Of a DNA stretch of 64,000 bases, positions 24,083 to 38,712 are shown piece by piece (within the stretch, counting starts at the first letter, position 1; every line of letters starts with the position of its first letter). Origin of the DNA: Octopus sinensis (taxonomy: Eukaryota); the NCBI RefSeq assembly GCF_006345805.1, contig NC_043016.1, positions 28,954,001 through 29,018,000 on the forward strand, read 5' to 3'. Below the pieces are notes generated by a model. It worked only from the letters and a program-made list of their open reading frames with translations. It did not search any database and was not told where the DNA came from. A program made the position numbers and the translations under genes.

Positions 24083-27000
24083 CACACACTCACACACACA
24101 CACACACACACACACATGCATACATACGTACATAATGACATGTTTTGTATAGAAACTGCTGAAATAGTAGATATAAATTAGGTTGAGGCATGTAGTGTGA
24201 TATAATATGATGGTCTTGATTTATTGTTATTGAATAACTGTCTTGATTGGTTTTTCTTAATTGTAAGAGGTTGCTGATTGAACAAAACATTGGATTCATT
24301 ATCCATTTTTAACAGTTGAGCTTAAAGTGATAAAGCTATAATTAATAGCATGTAAATATTGGGTTAAAAAATTCTATGGATAGAAAAATTTGAAGGCTAC
24401 CTGTGGGACTCAATCCCACATCTGTAAACATGGCACTCTATTGTTTATACCTTTATCTGCTTTGAGTTCAACCATTAAAAAGAAATTCTTTCATGTTCTC
24501 TCAAAGTTTCTAAATTTCTTTTTGGATTAATATCTCAGTGTTATTGTTTAGCTCCAAATTGGATTTCACCAAGAAAATTCATGATCAGTAGTGTGACCAT
24601 CCTGTCTTTTTATCCTTGACTTTATCAGATATTTTTTCTTCTTTAAGATGGTTTGGTGTAATTTGAAAGAGATTTGACTTTTTATTCTAGGAGATTGAAA
24701 GGCCTTCTTAATTTGTCTATTTTTTAGGTATTGAATTACATAAAGCCCCTAAATATTAACCCAACAAATCTCAAAATCCTGGGATTTTTTTTTTTTTTGT
24801 TATCCTAAGTTTGGGTCCTTAGAATACATGTAATTTCTATTTGAAAGAAAGTTAGGAAGTTTAACAAGGAAAATTTAGTTATTACATTGAGCAGATCAAA
24901 TAACCATATAGGTGTTCCCTAAGTGATTTCTTTGGCTCCATTTTGAAAAATAATAGGTGATTCATTGGCAGATGTTTCAATTGTTTGAATTTAACAGATT
25001 GGGTGACATTAAACAGACATGTGTTTTGTGTGTTTACATAGATGTGTATGCTATTGATGTATTTACAGTGCTATTTTGTATGGTAGTGTAGGTGTGTTGT
25101 ATGGAAGTGAATATTGTATAGCTGTGTCATTGATAGTACTGGTGTGTTGTACAGTTGTGGATGTTGTATAACTGTGTTCTATGGTGGCATAGATTTACTG
25201 TATGTTAATGTTGGTGTATTGCAGAGGGTTGTTGCAGCCAATCTCCTTAAGTTATTTCATCATTTCTCACTATCTCCACCTGTGCAAAAATGCACACCAA
25301 CATGAGATAGTTGCCTCTATAAGATGAATCTATGTTATTGGACATACCTCATGTTAGTTTTATCAGCCATACTCTTCCATGTGGACTTAGGGCATGTTGG
25401 AAAGATGTAATAATTTTTTTCTTTCTAGATTGATTATATTCACCACAGCTAAGGAGCTCAATCTAGCTTAGTTAATTGCATTACAGCAGTCAAGTAACTG
25501 CACCAAGCCCAACTTCAAACAGATCAAGTCTCACCAGAACCAATGGATGAGTGACACTAACTGCAGTAGTACCATATCTGGAAATGTTCAACTTCGATGC
25601 ATTGTGAAAAGTTGTGTAAGAGGTAGTTTTAGAAATGTCTAAGAACGAAGATTTGTGTGAAAATGTTTGCAAAATGTTCTTAAAGATTACCCACTTTTGT
25701 ATAATAACCATTTATCAAAATGAAAATGTTACTTTATTCATAACGTTCCAATCAAAAATTCATATTAAGTTGAAGCTTGTCCAATATGTTAGTTAAATAT
25801 ACACCAAAATGGTTTTGTGTGTGAGTGTGTATGTGTATATTATATATGTGTGTGTGTATGTGTACATATATATACATATATATATATATTATGTGTACAT
25901 ATATATATATATTGTGTACATATGTATATTTATTATGTGTGTGTGTATATATATATATATGGATATACATACACATATTATATTTATGGATATATTATAT
26001 TTATATATATATATTCATGCGTATATATATATATATATATATAAATATACATATATTTATGTATATATAATATTTATATATATATTATATTTATTCATAT
26101 ATATATCGATATATTACAAATCTATATATATATATGTGTGTGTATATATATTTGCATATATATGTGTGTGTAAGTAAATATATGTGTTTCATATATGTAT
26201 GTGTGTGTACACATATATTTATATGCATATATACATACATAGACACACACATATGTATATATTCTCACACACATACAAAGATAAATATATATATTTATTA
26301 AAATTTATGATTTACACTTCCTGTCTTACACTTCTTCCATAATATATATATATATATTTACATATAAAAGGAAAGTTTTACATACTCATGGAATATGTAT
26401 ATGAAAGAAGCTTGTGTGTGTGTTTGCATGCATGTATGCATAAGCTACACATATCATGTGCATGTTGTGTATGTGTGTATGCGTAAATATCCATTGAATT
26501 ATACTGTCCTCCACATATCTTTTAAAAAAATATGTGCTATACAAAATATTCTTACATTTTTTTTTTTTTTTTTTGTATTTTGTTCATTGGAAACAATCAA
26601 TTTTGTGTGAGAATACACTTAGAAATTTAATTTTTAATATTCCTTAAATTAAACACACCAACATACATATATACACCTTCTGCATGTAATACATAGAATA
26701 TTTTGTTTTTTCATGCAAAGGAAGAATCAGGTTGGGGTGGGATGAGATTTAAAAAAAAAAAAACAACAGCAAAAAACAAATAAATGTTTCTGTACTGTTT
26801 TTACTTAATAAATACACATATCTATCATGTTAGCTTTATTCTTCTTGTTTTTGGATTTGGTTTGCAAGATTCTTTATATGAGTTCGTGTGTTGAAGCATA
26901 GTCTGTTGTGTCTGGGGAGAGTCATTTTCTTTTTGTGCCTTATAATGTAACACACTCACCGGTAAAATTTCCACTTATTTCTTATTTTTATTTTCCTAAA

Positions 27001-27599
27001 ATTTTCGTTGCGTCTTGCAACCTTTTCAATAGTCTTGACTCTGTCCGTTATTTACACTGTGTTCCTTTTTGTTTATTTGTGCGCATGTGTGTGGGTCAGT
27101 GTGTGTGTGTGCCTATGCATGCATGCATGTACGTATGCATGTATGTATGTATGCATGTGTATGTATGTATATATGTGTGTGTGCATCTGTACGTATGTAT
27201 CCTGTATATATGTGCTTGCATGTCTGTGTTTGTGTATTTTCTATGTATGTGTGTGTGAGCGTGTTTGTATATGTATGCACCTCTGTCACCTTGTGTGTGC
27301 ATGTCTGTGTGTTTGTGTGTGTGTGTTATGTAATTATGTACCGTGTTTGTATGTATGGATGGATGTGCATCTCTATATGTGTGGATCGTTTTTCATCTCT
27401 GATGATCATCTATAACATAACGGACATTGATTCAATCAATGCCATTATTCCTTAATAAAAACAAGCCTTCAGATTAGTAAATAAACCAGCAAAAAATTCA
27501 TCATCATCATCATCATTAGTATTAAAGGGATGAGCTGGTAGAATTTTAGCATGCTGAACAAAATGCTTAGTGGTGTTTCATCTGTCTTTGTGTTCTGAG

Positions 27600-27644
<45 letters not shown>

Positions 27645-27672
27645 GGCGGTGAACTGGCAAAATCATTAATAT

Positions 27673-28700
27673 TGTTACGGAATCATCCGTTGTCGCTCGC
27701 CCGAACGGGCAAGCTCGCCACGGAACCGAGAGAGAGGAGAGATAGAGCAACAACAACAGCAGCAGCAGCACAGAGAGATACAGAGGCAACCGAGAGAGAC
27801 ACAAAACGGCAAGGCACAACTGGCTTACATTTAACACTAGTTTATATGAAAATCAATTGTTACACATCAAATGCATTTCAGATACATTTAAAGGAGGACA
27901 TGCACGTGACAACTCAATACATCATACAACAGATCAAAGCATTTAAAGGAAACAACAAATCAATAAAGGTATACAACACATCCAGGTCAATACATCAGCA
28001 TTTCAAAGGTACACGTCCGAAGACACAGTTCTGTTTCAAAACACATCAACAAATAACGTTCACAGTTCTTTAAAGTCTTTTTCTATTTTCTTTTGTAACA
28101 TGTATCAACACAATTCTGAACATAAATACCACAACTCGATAAGCGACACATCGACAAGTCCTTTACTCAATTCACAATGTTCTTTTCACTGTCTCATTTC
28201 TTTTCACTGTTCATTTCGATTCCTTGTCCTTCTTTTTCTACACATATCAATACACAATTCACGTACCTTAATTCCTAATTAGAATAGCCAGTGTCCCATA
28301 TTGCACTTCATCTCTCTCAGTACCGCTAACTCCAACCTGCCAAGCTCCTGAATCCCAACCACTTGCCTTGACTTCCAAAATCCGACTGTCCTTTATCACT
28401 ACCCTCAATCTGTCTCTTAGCCTTATACTCTCTCTATCCCGCCTGGTCCTATGTCCCTATCTCTATCGGCGCTGCTGCTCTCACTCTCTCATGACAGCTC
28501 TCAGATCCCTTACTCTGTCTTTCCACTGCCAATATTCTCTCTATCTTCCTCTTCTTCAAGGGGTGTTTAGAACGACCTCTAGTTCACCCGAAAGGGGTCG
28601 CAGGTCCACCCAGAACCGATCAATCCACCTGAATCTGACAGGACAATGGGTTTATCCCAAAAGTAGGTCACCAGCTCTGTCCTTAAGCTGAACCACAACA
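27673..28700. mobile_element. Solo LTR (Ty3/gypsy-like) inserted in a SINE family 2 copy
   Basis: TGTT...AACA termini, 4-bp TSD ATAT at 27669-27672 and 28701-28704. The SINE head (27645-27672) resumes at 28701-28870. Confidence 0.8.
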
Positions 28701-28876
28701 ATATGGTAGGCAAAATGTTTCACAACAATTTGTCTATCTTTATACTCTGAGTTTAAATTCCATAGATGTTAACTCTGCCTTTTAGGGTCAATAAAATAAG
28801 TACTAGTTGAAGACTGGGGTTGATGTAATTGACTTACCCCTCCTCCAAAATTACTGGCCTTGTGCCAAAATTATTA

Positions 28877-28910
<34 letters not shown>

Positions 28911-30574
28911 TTTGTTTTTAAGTCCTTTTTCCTATGCTAGCATGGTTTAGATGAATATATTTTATTGACACATTATTTGTATAGCTGGATACCATTCCTG
29001 TCATTAACCCTTATCTGTTTCCTTTTCATCCTTCTTATCTTTGAAAGTGAAGAGTTACTGAATGATCTGTTGACAGGAAAATGTCAACAAATATCACCAT
29101 CTGTTGCTGAAAAATGAGATGAGTTCAAAAAGTGGAATGTTGAAAAAAATTGAAAAGAGAAAGGCAAAAAAGAAAAAAGACAAAGTAGAGTTATGTTCCC
29201 TTTGACCATAGAGTTATAAGTCTTGATGGTGTAGAATCAATGGAAGGGGTCTCTTGTCTGTGATATAGCTATTGAATCCAGAAAGGGTGATGTTCTCCAA
29301 TTTGCCAAAAGAAACTTATCCATATGTTTGCATTTGCTGATAATTTCTGATCTGGAATTCAGCAGGGCAGATCTAAAAGGATATGCTATGTGCAGCACAG
29401 TGGAACTGAACCTGAAACCACATGGTGGTAAAGCAAACTTCTTAGCCACAGAATCATACCAACACCAATCATTATTATTATTATACAGGTGTAGGTATGT
29501 GGTAAGAAGCTTGCTTGACACCTTTGGCAAATGTCTTCTACTATAGCCTTGGGCCAATGAAAGCCTTGTGAGTGAATTTAGTAGAAAGAAACTGAAAGAA
29601 GCCCATCGAATATATATATATATATATATATATACTAAATTCTCCATTATTTTCAAAATTAACTGAAACAAAAACTGTAATATCAGCAGATATTATCTTC
29701 GTCACATGATCTAGCTTTCAGATCTTTCCATCTTGTTTGTCTTCACCCTTCTGAGACCATTCCAGGTTTTATGCTACAAACTTCCTGTTTTAAGTGATCT
29801 AAATTAAAACCTCCCATTAAAATTCCCTATTAATGTTCCAAACACTAGCTTAATAATTACAAATATATTTTACTAAATTCTTCATAATTTTCAAAATCAA
29901 TGGAAATGAAAGCAGCATGTTTCAACTGAAATATCCTAGTCATATGATGTAGCTTCCAGACCTTTCCATTATGTCTGTCTTCATTATTCTGATACCAACC
30001 TACCTGAGACTCTCCCTGGTTCTATGATGCAAATTACCTGTTTTGAATAAAATCTAAATCAAGACCTTTGTTTACATTAATTTTGAAAATTTCACCCTGA
30101 TTTATGTTCCAAACACTAGCTGAATAACGACAAAGTTATTTTACTAAACTCATTATTTTCAAAATTTATTCTAACAAAGAATGTGTATTTTAATGGAAAT
30201 ATGGCAATGAAGAGGTTAAGGAGAAGTAGTTGTTAGGGATATGACTGGTACTTTAATTAGACCATGTGATAACATAGTCTTACTCCTTTATGACTCGTGT
30301 GGCCTCTATTTTAAACACAGGGTTACCTGTTACATTAAGCAAGTTGCTGTTTAATCCAAATATTCTATGCGTTTTATGTTCAAACTGGCCAGATCCAACC
30401 TCTCACACCTACCCTACAAAGTCATTGTAAAAATAAACAATCACATCATTGAAATCTCAGAGCTACAAGATAAGCCATAATTCAAAACAATCTGAATAAG
30501 TAAGTATTACATTTGACAGAGTAATCTGAATGCTAAAGGACTAAACCCAGATATGCCCCAACTTAAGAGGTCAT

Positions 30575-31645
30575 CATCATCCTCATCATCATCATCATCA
30601 TCTTATAACGTCCGTTTTCCATGCTAGCATGGGTTGGAAGGTTCGACCAGATCTGGGAGGCCAGGAGGCTGCACCAGGCTCCAGTCTGATCTGGCAGTGT
30701 TTCTACAGCTGGGTCCCTTCCTAATGCCAACCACTCCGTGAGTGTAGTGGGTGTTTTTTACGTGCCACCGGCACAGGTATCCATCTACAATTTCCATTTG
30801 ATTTTTATTTGATGTTGATGTACTTGACTCAATAGGTCTCCTCAAGCACAGCAGGTTGCCCTACGATCCAAGGTAAGCACAGCAGGCCATTCTGCAATCC
30901 AAGGTACTTTGGTTGGGCTGGGGCTGCTATGTGAAGCTGGTGCAGGAAACAGCCATGAACTCATGTTATTTGTCGGGTCTTCACAGTCACAGCATACCTC
31001 CAGAGATCTCAGTTTTTGTCATTGCCTCTGTGAGGCCCAACGTTTGAAGGTCATGCTTGACCACCTCATTCCATATCTTCCTGGGTCTACCTCTACCCCG
31101 GATTCCTTCAACTGTTTGGGAGTGACACTTCTTCACACATCTCTCCACATCCATCAGTTGTACATGAACATACCAGCACAAACGGCTCTCTTGCATGCCA
31201 CATCCAATGCTTCGTATGTCCAGCATTTCTCTCAGGGTGCTTACACTCTGTCATGTGTGCACACTGACATTACACATCCAGCGAATTGTGCTAGCTTCAT
31301 TTCTTTCAAGCCTACGCATGTCATCTGCAGTCACAGCCCATGTCTCACTACTGTGAAGCATGGCAGTTTGCACACATGAGTTGTACAATCTACCTTTCAC
31401 TCTGAGCAAGAGACCCTTTGTCACCAGTAGGGGTAGAAGCTTTCTAAACTTTGCCCAGGCTATTCGTATTCTAGTGGTGACACTCTCTGAGCACCCACCC
31501 CCACTACTAACTTAGTCATCTAGATAGCAGAAACTATCAACTACTTCTAGTTTCTCCCCCTGGAGTGTGACGGAATCTGTTTTCTGAGTATCTGTGGTGT
31601 CTATTGCCCCTGTGCATCTGCTGCACATGAAAGCATGACCTTCAA
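30575..31645 (-). mobile_element. 5'-truncated RTE LINE (ORF C-terminus and 3' UTR)
   Basis: ORF 30987-31226: RLCWYVHVQLMD.ERCVKKC..VEGIRGRGRPRKIWNEVVKHDL, the RTE C-terminal motif; (GAT)n tail. Confidence 0.85.
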
Positions 31646-31828
31646 ACGTTGGGCCTCACAGAGGCAATGACAAAAAGCTATCTTCTCAGTTAATTGTGAT
31701 CAAAATCTCTGCCAGCCATGACCATCCAATCTTTCATTCAGACAATGTATTTAGTACAACATTATTTAACATGCCTTGCTTCACACAGAAGCTTTTTTTA
31801 GGATGGTAGAATTCTGAAGGAATTTATA

Positions 31829-32261
31829 CCATATAGACTGGCGTACAGGATGGAATTTGAACTTTAAAAAATCATCCCAAAACTAGAGGTCATCTTATAT
31901 ACCCTATATAAAATCTGACCATTAACTTTGATGTATATTATCATAAGTAAGTTACAATATTTGGCCACTCTTTGAAAAGAACTGGATAAAGACTGCAAAA
32001 TTCTTGCAAACAAAGTTTACTGAGTGAAACAGTTAAAATGCTATTTAAACACAAGAAAAGCAAAGGCTTCAGGGGTCACTGGGAAGCTACAGCTCACCTG
32101 ACCCCTTTAGCTATGAACCTCATTCATTCAGCCCTCGAGCTATTTTCCATGAAAACTTGAGGTAGTCTTATACAGCAAGTATAGCTCAAAACCCACTTTT
32201 TAAATGGAAAGCCTGGGAGTCGTCTTGTACACCTAGTCGTATTATATGCCGACATATACAG
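31829..32261. mobile_element. Degenerate pogo/Tc1-type MITE
   Basis: TA-flanked imperfect TIRs TA|CCATATAGACTGGCGTACAGGA and GTCGTATTATATGCCGACATATACAG|TA. Confidence 0.4.
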
Positions 32262-32778
32262 TAGTTGCCATTTGGTTATGATTTATGCTTACTGTCTCAC
32301 TCATCTTCCATGATATAAAGCATATATAAATGTATACAAAATATGTACAATGTTTGTCCAATATTTACATGTTATTGTTTATAGTTTTATGTGTATGCTT
32401 TGTCATATACAATTCTCTTCCCCTCAATCTGACATAGAAGATTTATTTCTCATTCTCTTGAAGGTTAATAATATTCTTGTGATGTCAACAATACATACAC
32501 CCAAATATATATATATACTTATATTTATACATATGTATCCATCCATACCCTCTCTCTTTCGGAGAGGCACAAGCACCTACACGCACATATACACACACGG
32601 CAGTAACTTCCGCCTGCCGAATTCAATCACAAAGCTTCGGTCAGCTCGGGCCTATAGCGGAAGACACCTACCCAAAGTGCCACGCAGTGGGACTGAACCT
32701 GAAACCATGTAACTAGGAAGCAAGCTCCCTAACCACACAGCCATGCTCGCGCCTACACACACATATATATATATATAT

Positions 32779-35700
32779 ACAAATTGAGATAGGGGTTGTA
32801 AATGCAACCCTCCATGGGATAACATATATCCAATATACTGCTAGTGAAGTACCCAACAAAGTTAATACATAAATGTTAAGGATTGCGATGCAATCAATTC
32901 ATTTACTGTATTATATGGGCAAAGATAAAAGGATTTACCACAAATTACTAATACAAGATAAGAAAATGGAGAAATACATCTGAATCAAATATCAATTACC
33001 AGATAATACTCAATCACATACTTTATTAAACCACCACATAAGAGACTGTAGGGTTAAACATAAAAAAGCAGAACAAATCAGTGTACATAAAGGAATGTAC
33101 ATAAAAAGTGTACATAAAAGAGTAATGTTGTATAATAAGTAGAATATATATAAAAAGAGAATATAAATATAAGTAATATAAATATAAGTATAGATTACAT
33201 CTTACAGCTGTTTCGGCCATGTAGATAAGTATGTCTCATTTTACCAATATTAGCCTTTTATGGTAGGTCAATATATAGATATAAATGAGACATTTACAAA
33301 GATATCATAAGGCCTCTTCGGAGATATACATATACATACGAGTGCTTATACTCACACTCCTATACATATAAAAATATACATATACATAATAATGTAAATA
33401 AATAATATAAATTAGTAAACATATATATGTTCCACATTCAACGTTTCAGTTTTTCAACTTAATATTGTGATAATAAACATACACATATTAGTACCTAGAT
33501 GCAAATATACATAGTCAATAGTACATTATATTACTTCCTACTAATTTCCAAAGTGTCATTAAAGTTAGCATCATTATCATTGTCAATACCATTAATGCTA
33601 CCATTATTATCATTCATAATATTATTAATAACGCTTACATTAGGATCCAAAGTGGCACATATGTATGTCCGGGTTCCAGTTAGTAATTTTCCTTATGACA
33701 TAAATACACTATTGGATTTCAATTTAAATTATCATTGTCTTCCTCATGGTTGGTCCGTTGAGAGCCGCCTGGCCTCCACCACACCGCACAAGAAAAACAT
33801 CCACATCCACATCCAACCCTAAACCCACACGTCCACATAAAAACCCACACACACAAGAATACACCCCGACACATCCCTACACATTCACTAGATTGCAGAG
33901 TGTATGTCTGTCATCGCATGGCTTATAGACAAATCATTACAGGCAGCAGCGTCCATACACTAACACACACACTCACACGCACATCCGCATATACTCATAA
34001 ATATTAATACACTCTCATATACTGTATCAGGGAACATTCGCACACACATATATACATATTTAAATATATGTCTGCGCACTCATACGTACAAATAAAACCT
34101 ATACTTATATCCACCCATGAATAAATATTTGCATATACATATATAGCAGGGTGTACATTGGTGCGACTAAAAATTGTATAAAACAACGGCTAAACTATCA
34201 TAGATATACTTTTAAAAATAAAAATAGGATGAACTCTACTGGGAACTCAAGAGTAAAAACATAGATTTTAAATTAGATTGGGAAATACTAACATCTGCAC
34301 CTGTATACAATAGTAGAAATAAAAAATGCTCTTTATCTATCAATGAAATTTTCTTCATCATCAAAGCCGGCCAACCCATTATTAACAGCATTAATGAGCG
34401 AAATTATTTTTTGCCTTCACAAATTGGCGTACACTTTCTCTAGATTTAAATAACATCTAATTCTTCTACCAGTAATCTTTTAGCATTCCTCTATATAGGA
34501 CTGTACTATTGGTCCTTACAATTTATAATTTATAACTTTGTGTCTCCATATGTGTGTTCTATATTGATTGTTTCTGTCCCGACTGAAAAATATACTAAAA
34601 TATATAGTTATTCTGATATATGCATGATATTCGGAACCCCACAGAGTCTTTTATCTGTGTAGGGTGTATAAGCGCATCATATCTTAGGGCACTAGTTTCA
34701 GTTTTTGCTATACCAATATGTAATATGTGAGAGTCTATAATTAGTATAAGTTGTTTATCCCGATGAGCATATAAGGTTTTTTTACAGTTGGATTGTTGGG
34801 GGTTGTTGTATATTGCTGCACAAGCGTGGGCTCGGGTGGCACTGTATCGGAGTTTGTGCGCCTGCGCACGCATGCACGAGCGCGTCCGCGCATTTGCATC
34901 TCGGTGATCGTGCGTGCGGGAGGGACGTGTGCGTGTGGGCCCAGCCATGAATTCGCGTGTCCATGCGGGGGCGTGCATGCACATGCATGTGCATGTGGGT
35001 GCATTTCGGCGTATCCACTTATATTTACTATATTAGGTCTATCTTTGTGCTCTTCTTAATTTGTATTCCATTTTATTTATCTATTTATCTATACATGGAT
35101 ATATATACATATATATATATATATATTTATATTTATTTTTTTAATTATTTATTTTTGTTTATTTGGCACTTACAAACTTATAATTAATTTAATTTAATCA
35201 TAATTAATGAACTTATATCTAAGTTAATAGTAACTTCTGTTTACTTTTTGTGTATGTATATATACGTCTTTGGATGGGCAGACATATATTTTAATTTATG
35301 ATTTAGTGGATGTGGGTTGAGGTGTCGAGGTGTGTGAAAATGTGTATGTGTACGTATGTATGTTTTTGTACGTATAGATATGTTCGTGGGTGGATGTTTA
35401 TGTTTCTTATACATATGAGTACGCAGGTGCGTATTTGGATATGTATATATGTATATGCAAATATTTATTCATGGGTGGATATAAGTATAGGTTTTATTTG
35501 TACGTATGAGTGCGCAGACATATATTTAAATATGTATATATGTGTGTGCGAATGTTCCATGATACAGTATATGAGAGTGTATTAATATTTATGGGTATAT
35601 GCGGATGTGCGTGTGAGTGTGTGTGTTAGCGTATGGATGGTGCTGCCTGTACTGATTTGTCTATAAGCCATGCGATGACAGACATACACTCTGCAATCTA

Positions 35701-36646
35701 GTGAATGTGTAGGGATGTGTCGGGTGTTATTCTTGTGTGTGTGCATGTGTGTGTGGGTTTTTATGCGGACGTGTGGGTTTAGGGTTGGATGTGGATGTGG
35801 ATTTTTTTCTTGTGTGGTGTGTGGAGGCCAGGCAGCTCTCAACGGACAACATGAGGAAGACAATGATAATTTAAATTGAAATCCATAGTGTATTTATGTC
35901 ATAAGGAAAATTACTAACTGGAACCCGGACATACATATGTGCCACTTTGGATCCTAATGTAAGCGTTATTAATAATATTATGAATGATAATAATGGTAGC
36001 ATTAATGGTATTGACAATGATAATGATGCTAACTTTATGACACTTTGGAAATTAGTAGGAAGTAATATAATGTACTATTGACTATGTATATTTGCATCTA
36101 GGTACTAATTGTGTATGTTTATTATCACAATATTAAGTTGAAAAACTGAAACATTGAATGTGGAACATATATATGTTTACTAATTTATATTATTTATTTA
36201 CATTATTATGTATATGTATATTTTTATATGTATAGGAGTGTGAGTATAAGCACTCATATGTATATGTATATCTCTGAAGAGGCCTTATGATATCTTTGTA
36301 AATGTCTCATTTATATCTATATATTGACCTACCATAAAAGGCTAATATTGGTAAAATGAGACATACTTATCTACATGGCCGAAACAGCTGTAAGATGTAA
36401 TCTGTACTTATATTTATATTTACTTATATTTATATTCTCTTTTTTATATATATTCTACTTATTATACAACATTGCTCTTTTATGTACACTTTTTTATGTA
36501 CATTCCTTTATGTACACTGATTTGTTCTGCTTTTTTATGTTTAACCCTACAGTCTCTTATGTGGTGGTTTAATAAAGTATGTGATTGAGTATTATCTGGT
36601 AATTGATATTTGATTTAGATGTATTTCTCCATTTTCTTATTTTGTA
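32779..36646 (+). mobile_element. 5'-truncated Penelope-like element with inverted pseudo-LTR, locus 2
   Basis: Inverted arms ~32952-34144 and ~35446-36646. The spacer holds a frameshifted GIY-YIG C-terminus at 34151-34453 (VYIGATKNCIKQRLNYHRYTFKN...ELKSKNIDFKLDWEIL...YNSRNKKCSL..NE). HHRs at 33197-33327 (-) and 36268-36398 (+). Confidence 0.88.
36268..36398 (+). ncRNA. Type-I hammerhead ribozyme with canonical core
   Basis: Stem I ATATCT/AGATGT; CTGAAGA 36274-36280; stem II GGCC/GGCC closing a ~92-nt insert; GAAA 36381-36384; self-complementary stem III ACAGCTGT; GUA site ending at 36392. Confidence 0.8.
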
Positions 36647-36654
36647 TATATATA

Positions 36655-36952
36655 TCACCCTGATCACTGTGACTGACCAGGCCTTCAGATGTTGCTACAC
36701 ATTGCTGGTCACAATGCGCTTCGCATTGTTTTAGTGATCAAATGATGCCAACCTGCTGGCTAAGTGAGCAGGTCAACAGAGGAAAGAGTGAGAGAAAATT
36801 GTGGCGAAAGAGTACAGCAGGGGTTGCCAGAGCCTTGTGGAGCTTTTAGGTGTTTTCGCTCAACAAACACTCACAACGCCCGGTCTGGGAATCGCAACCA
36901 TGATCCTATAACCGCGAGTCCACTGTCCTAACCACTGGGCCATTGTGCCTCC
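36655..36952 (-). mobile_element. tRNA-derived SINE family 3
   Basis: Minus strand GGAGGCACAATGGCCCAGTGGTTAGG (A box) ... GGTTGCGATTCCC (B-box-like), flanked by (TA)n. Confidence 0.75.
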
Positions 36953-37294
36953 ATATATATATATATATATTTATAAATATATGTATTTATATAAAGTTGT
37001 AAATGATTAGAGAAACAGTATGATGAAATTTATTTTTCTATAAGAAAATTCAAATATTACAACAAATTGTTTCATAACTTAAAGCACGTAAAGATAATTC
37101 ATTTTATTATATTTAATAATAAATAAATTACTTACATGTCCACATAATACAAAAAAATCCTTTAAAACAATGTATTTGTATTTAAACTGACTTTGCCTGT
37201 GCTGGTGTCATGTAAAAAGTATTGATTCCACTCTGCGGGGTGTTTGGTGTTAGGAAGGGTATCCAGCCATAAAAACCATGCCAAAACGGACACA

Positions 37295-37690
37295 GTAGGA
37301 GTGGCTGCGTGGTAAGTAGCTTGCTTACCAACCACATGGTTCTGGGTTCAGTCCCACTGTGTGGCACCTTGGGTAAGTGTCTTCTACTATAGCCTTGTGA
37401 GTGGATTTGGTAGACGGAAACTGATAAAAGTCCGTTGTATATATGTATATATGTGTATATGTATGTGTGTGTATATGTCTGAGTTTGTTCCCCCAACATC
37501 GCTTGACAACTGATGCTGGTGTGTTTACGTCCCCGTAACTTAGTAGTTTGGCAAAAGAACAATAGAATAAGTACTAGGCTTACAACGAATAAGTCCTGGG
37601 ATCGATTTTCTCAACTAAAGGCGGTGCTCCAGCATGGCCACTGTCAAATGACTGAAACAAGTAAAAGAGTAAAAGAGTAAAGAGTAAGAG
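37295..37690 (+). mobile_element. SINE family 1 copy
   Basis: Same head and (AAAAGAGT)n tail. Further copies at 43131-43526 (-), 53542-53941 (-), 57921-58173 (-, cut by the gap); partial copies at ~32570-32755 and ~59735-60062. Confidence 0.85.
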
Positions 37691-37819
37691 AGAGTAGCCT
37701 GGTGTAGTCTTCTGTCTGGCTGGCTCATGTCAAACCATTCAACCCATGCTTTCATGGAAGGTGGATGTTAAAAATGATGATGATGATCATGTATGTATGT
37801 ATGTATGTATGTATGTATG

Positions 37820-37881
<62 letters not shown>

Positions 37882-38712
37882 TGTATGTATGTATGTATGT
37901 ATGTGTATGTATGTGTGTGTGTGTGTGTGTGTATAAAGCCTTGTGAGTGGATTTGGTACATGGAAACTGAATGAACTTGTTGCGTATATATACTTATATG
38001 TGTGTGTGTGTAAACGTGTGTTTGTGTCTTTTATTTTATCATCTGTGATAGTTGTAAACAATTGTGACCATTATAAAACAGTGATGTTTATTTCCAATCT
38101 TCCGTGGAATTTCCGGCTGTTGGGGAAATACCACCTCACTTGGAAACTGGTTAGTGTTGGTGACAGGAAGAGTATCTGGTTGCCAAAATATCCTGCCTAA
38201 ATGAATTCTATCTGACCCAATGCAAGCTGAGAAAATTGAATGTCAAAACAGTGATGATTTTGATGGCAATGGTGTGAAAGTGTGAGTATGTGTGTGTGCG
38301 TGTGTGCACATGGACATGTGTGACTATGCACATGCATGTCTGTATGTGCGTGTATGTCTGCTTTTGAGAGGTTACAAAATACAGAATTAATTGTTATTGA
38401 TCTTTACTGTATTGACAGTCGATCTGTTTTTCTGCTCATGGTGATTTTCATATATTTTAATTTATATTCTGATAGCTGAAATATCTGGAATATTCTTTAG
38501 AGAACAGAACATTGGAGTCGGCCAAATTAGTTTTCAGACTGAAGGAATTTTCAATTAAATTAGCTTGATTACCCACTACTCAGAGTTTTGACTCTATCCA
38601 AATTCTTACTGGAAAGGAATTTTCTCTTTATTCATAATAGATAAAAACAGTAATAAATAGATAAAATCATAAATAAAAGCAGTAATATACTGGAAATGAT
38701 AAAGAATAGAAA

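Noticed and set aside
38470-38620. Minus-strand open frame KNLDRVKTLSSGNQ... after a ttcctttccag acceptor
   Set aside because: No partner exon or homology; compatible with chance.
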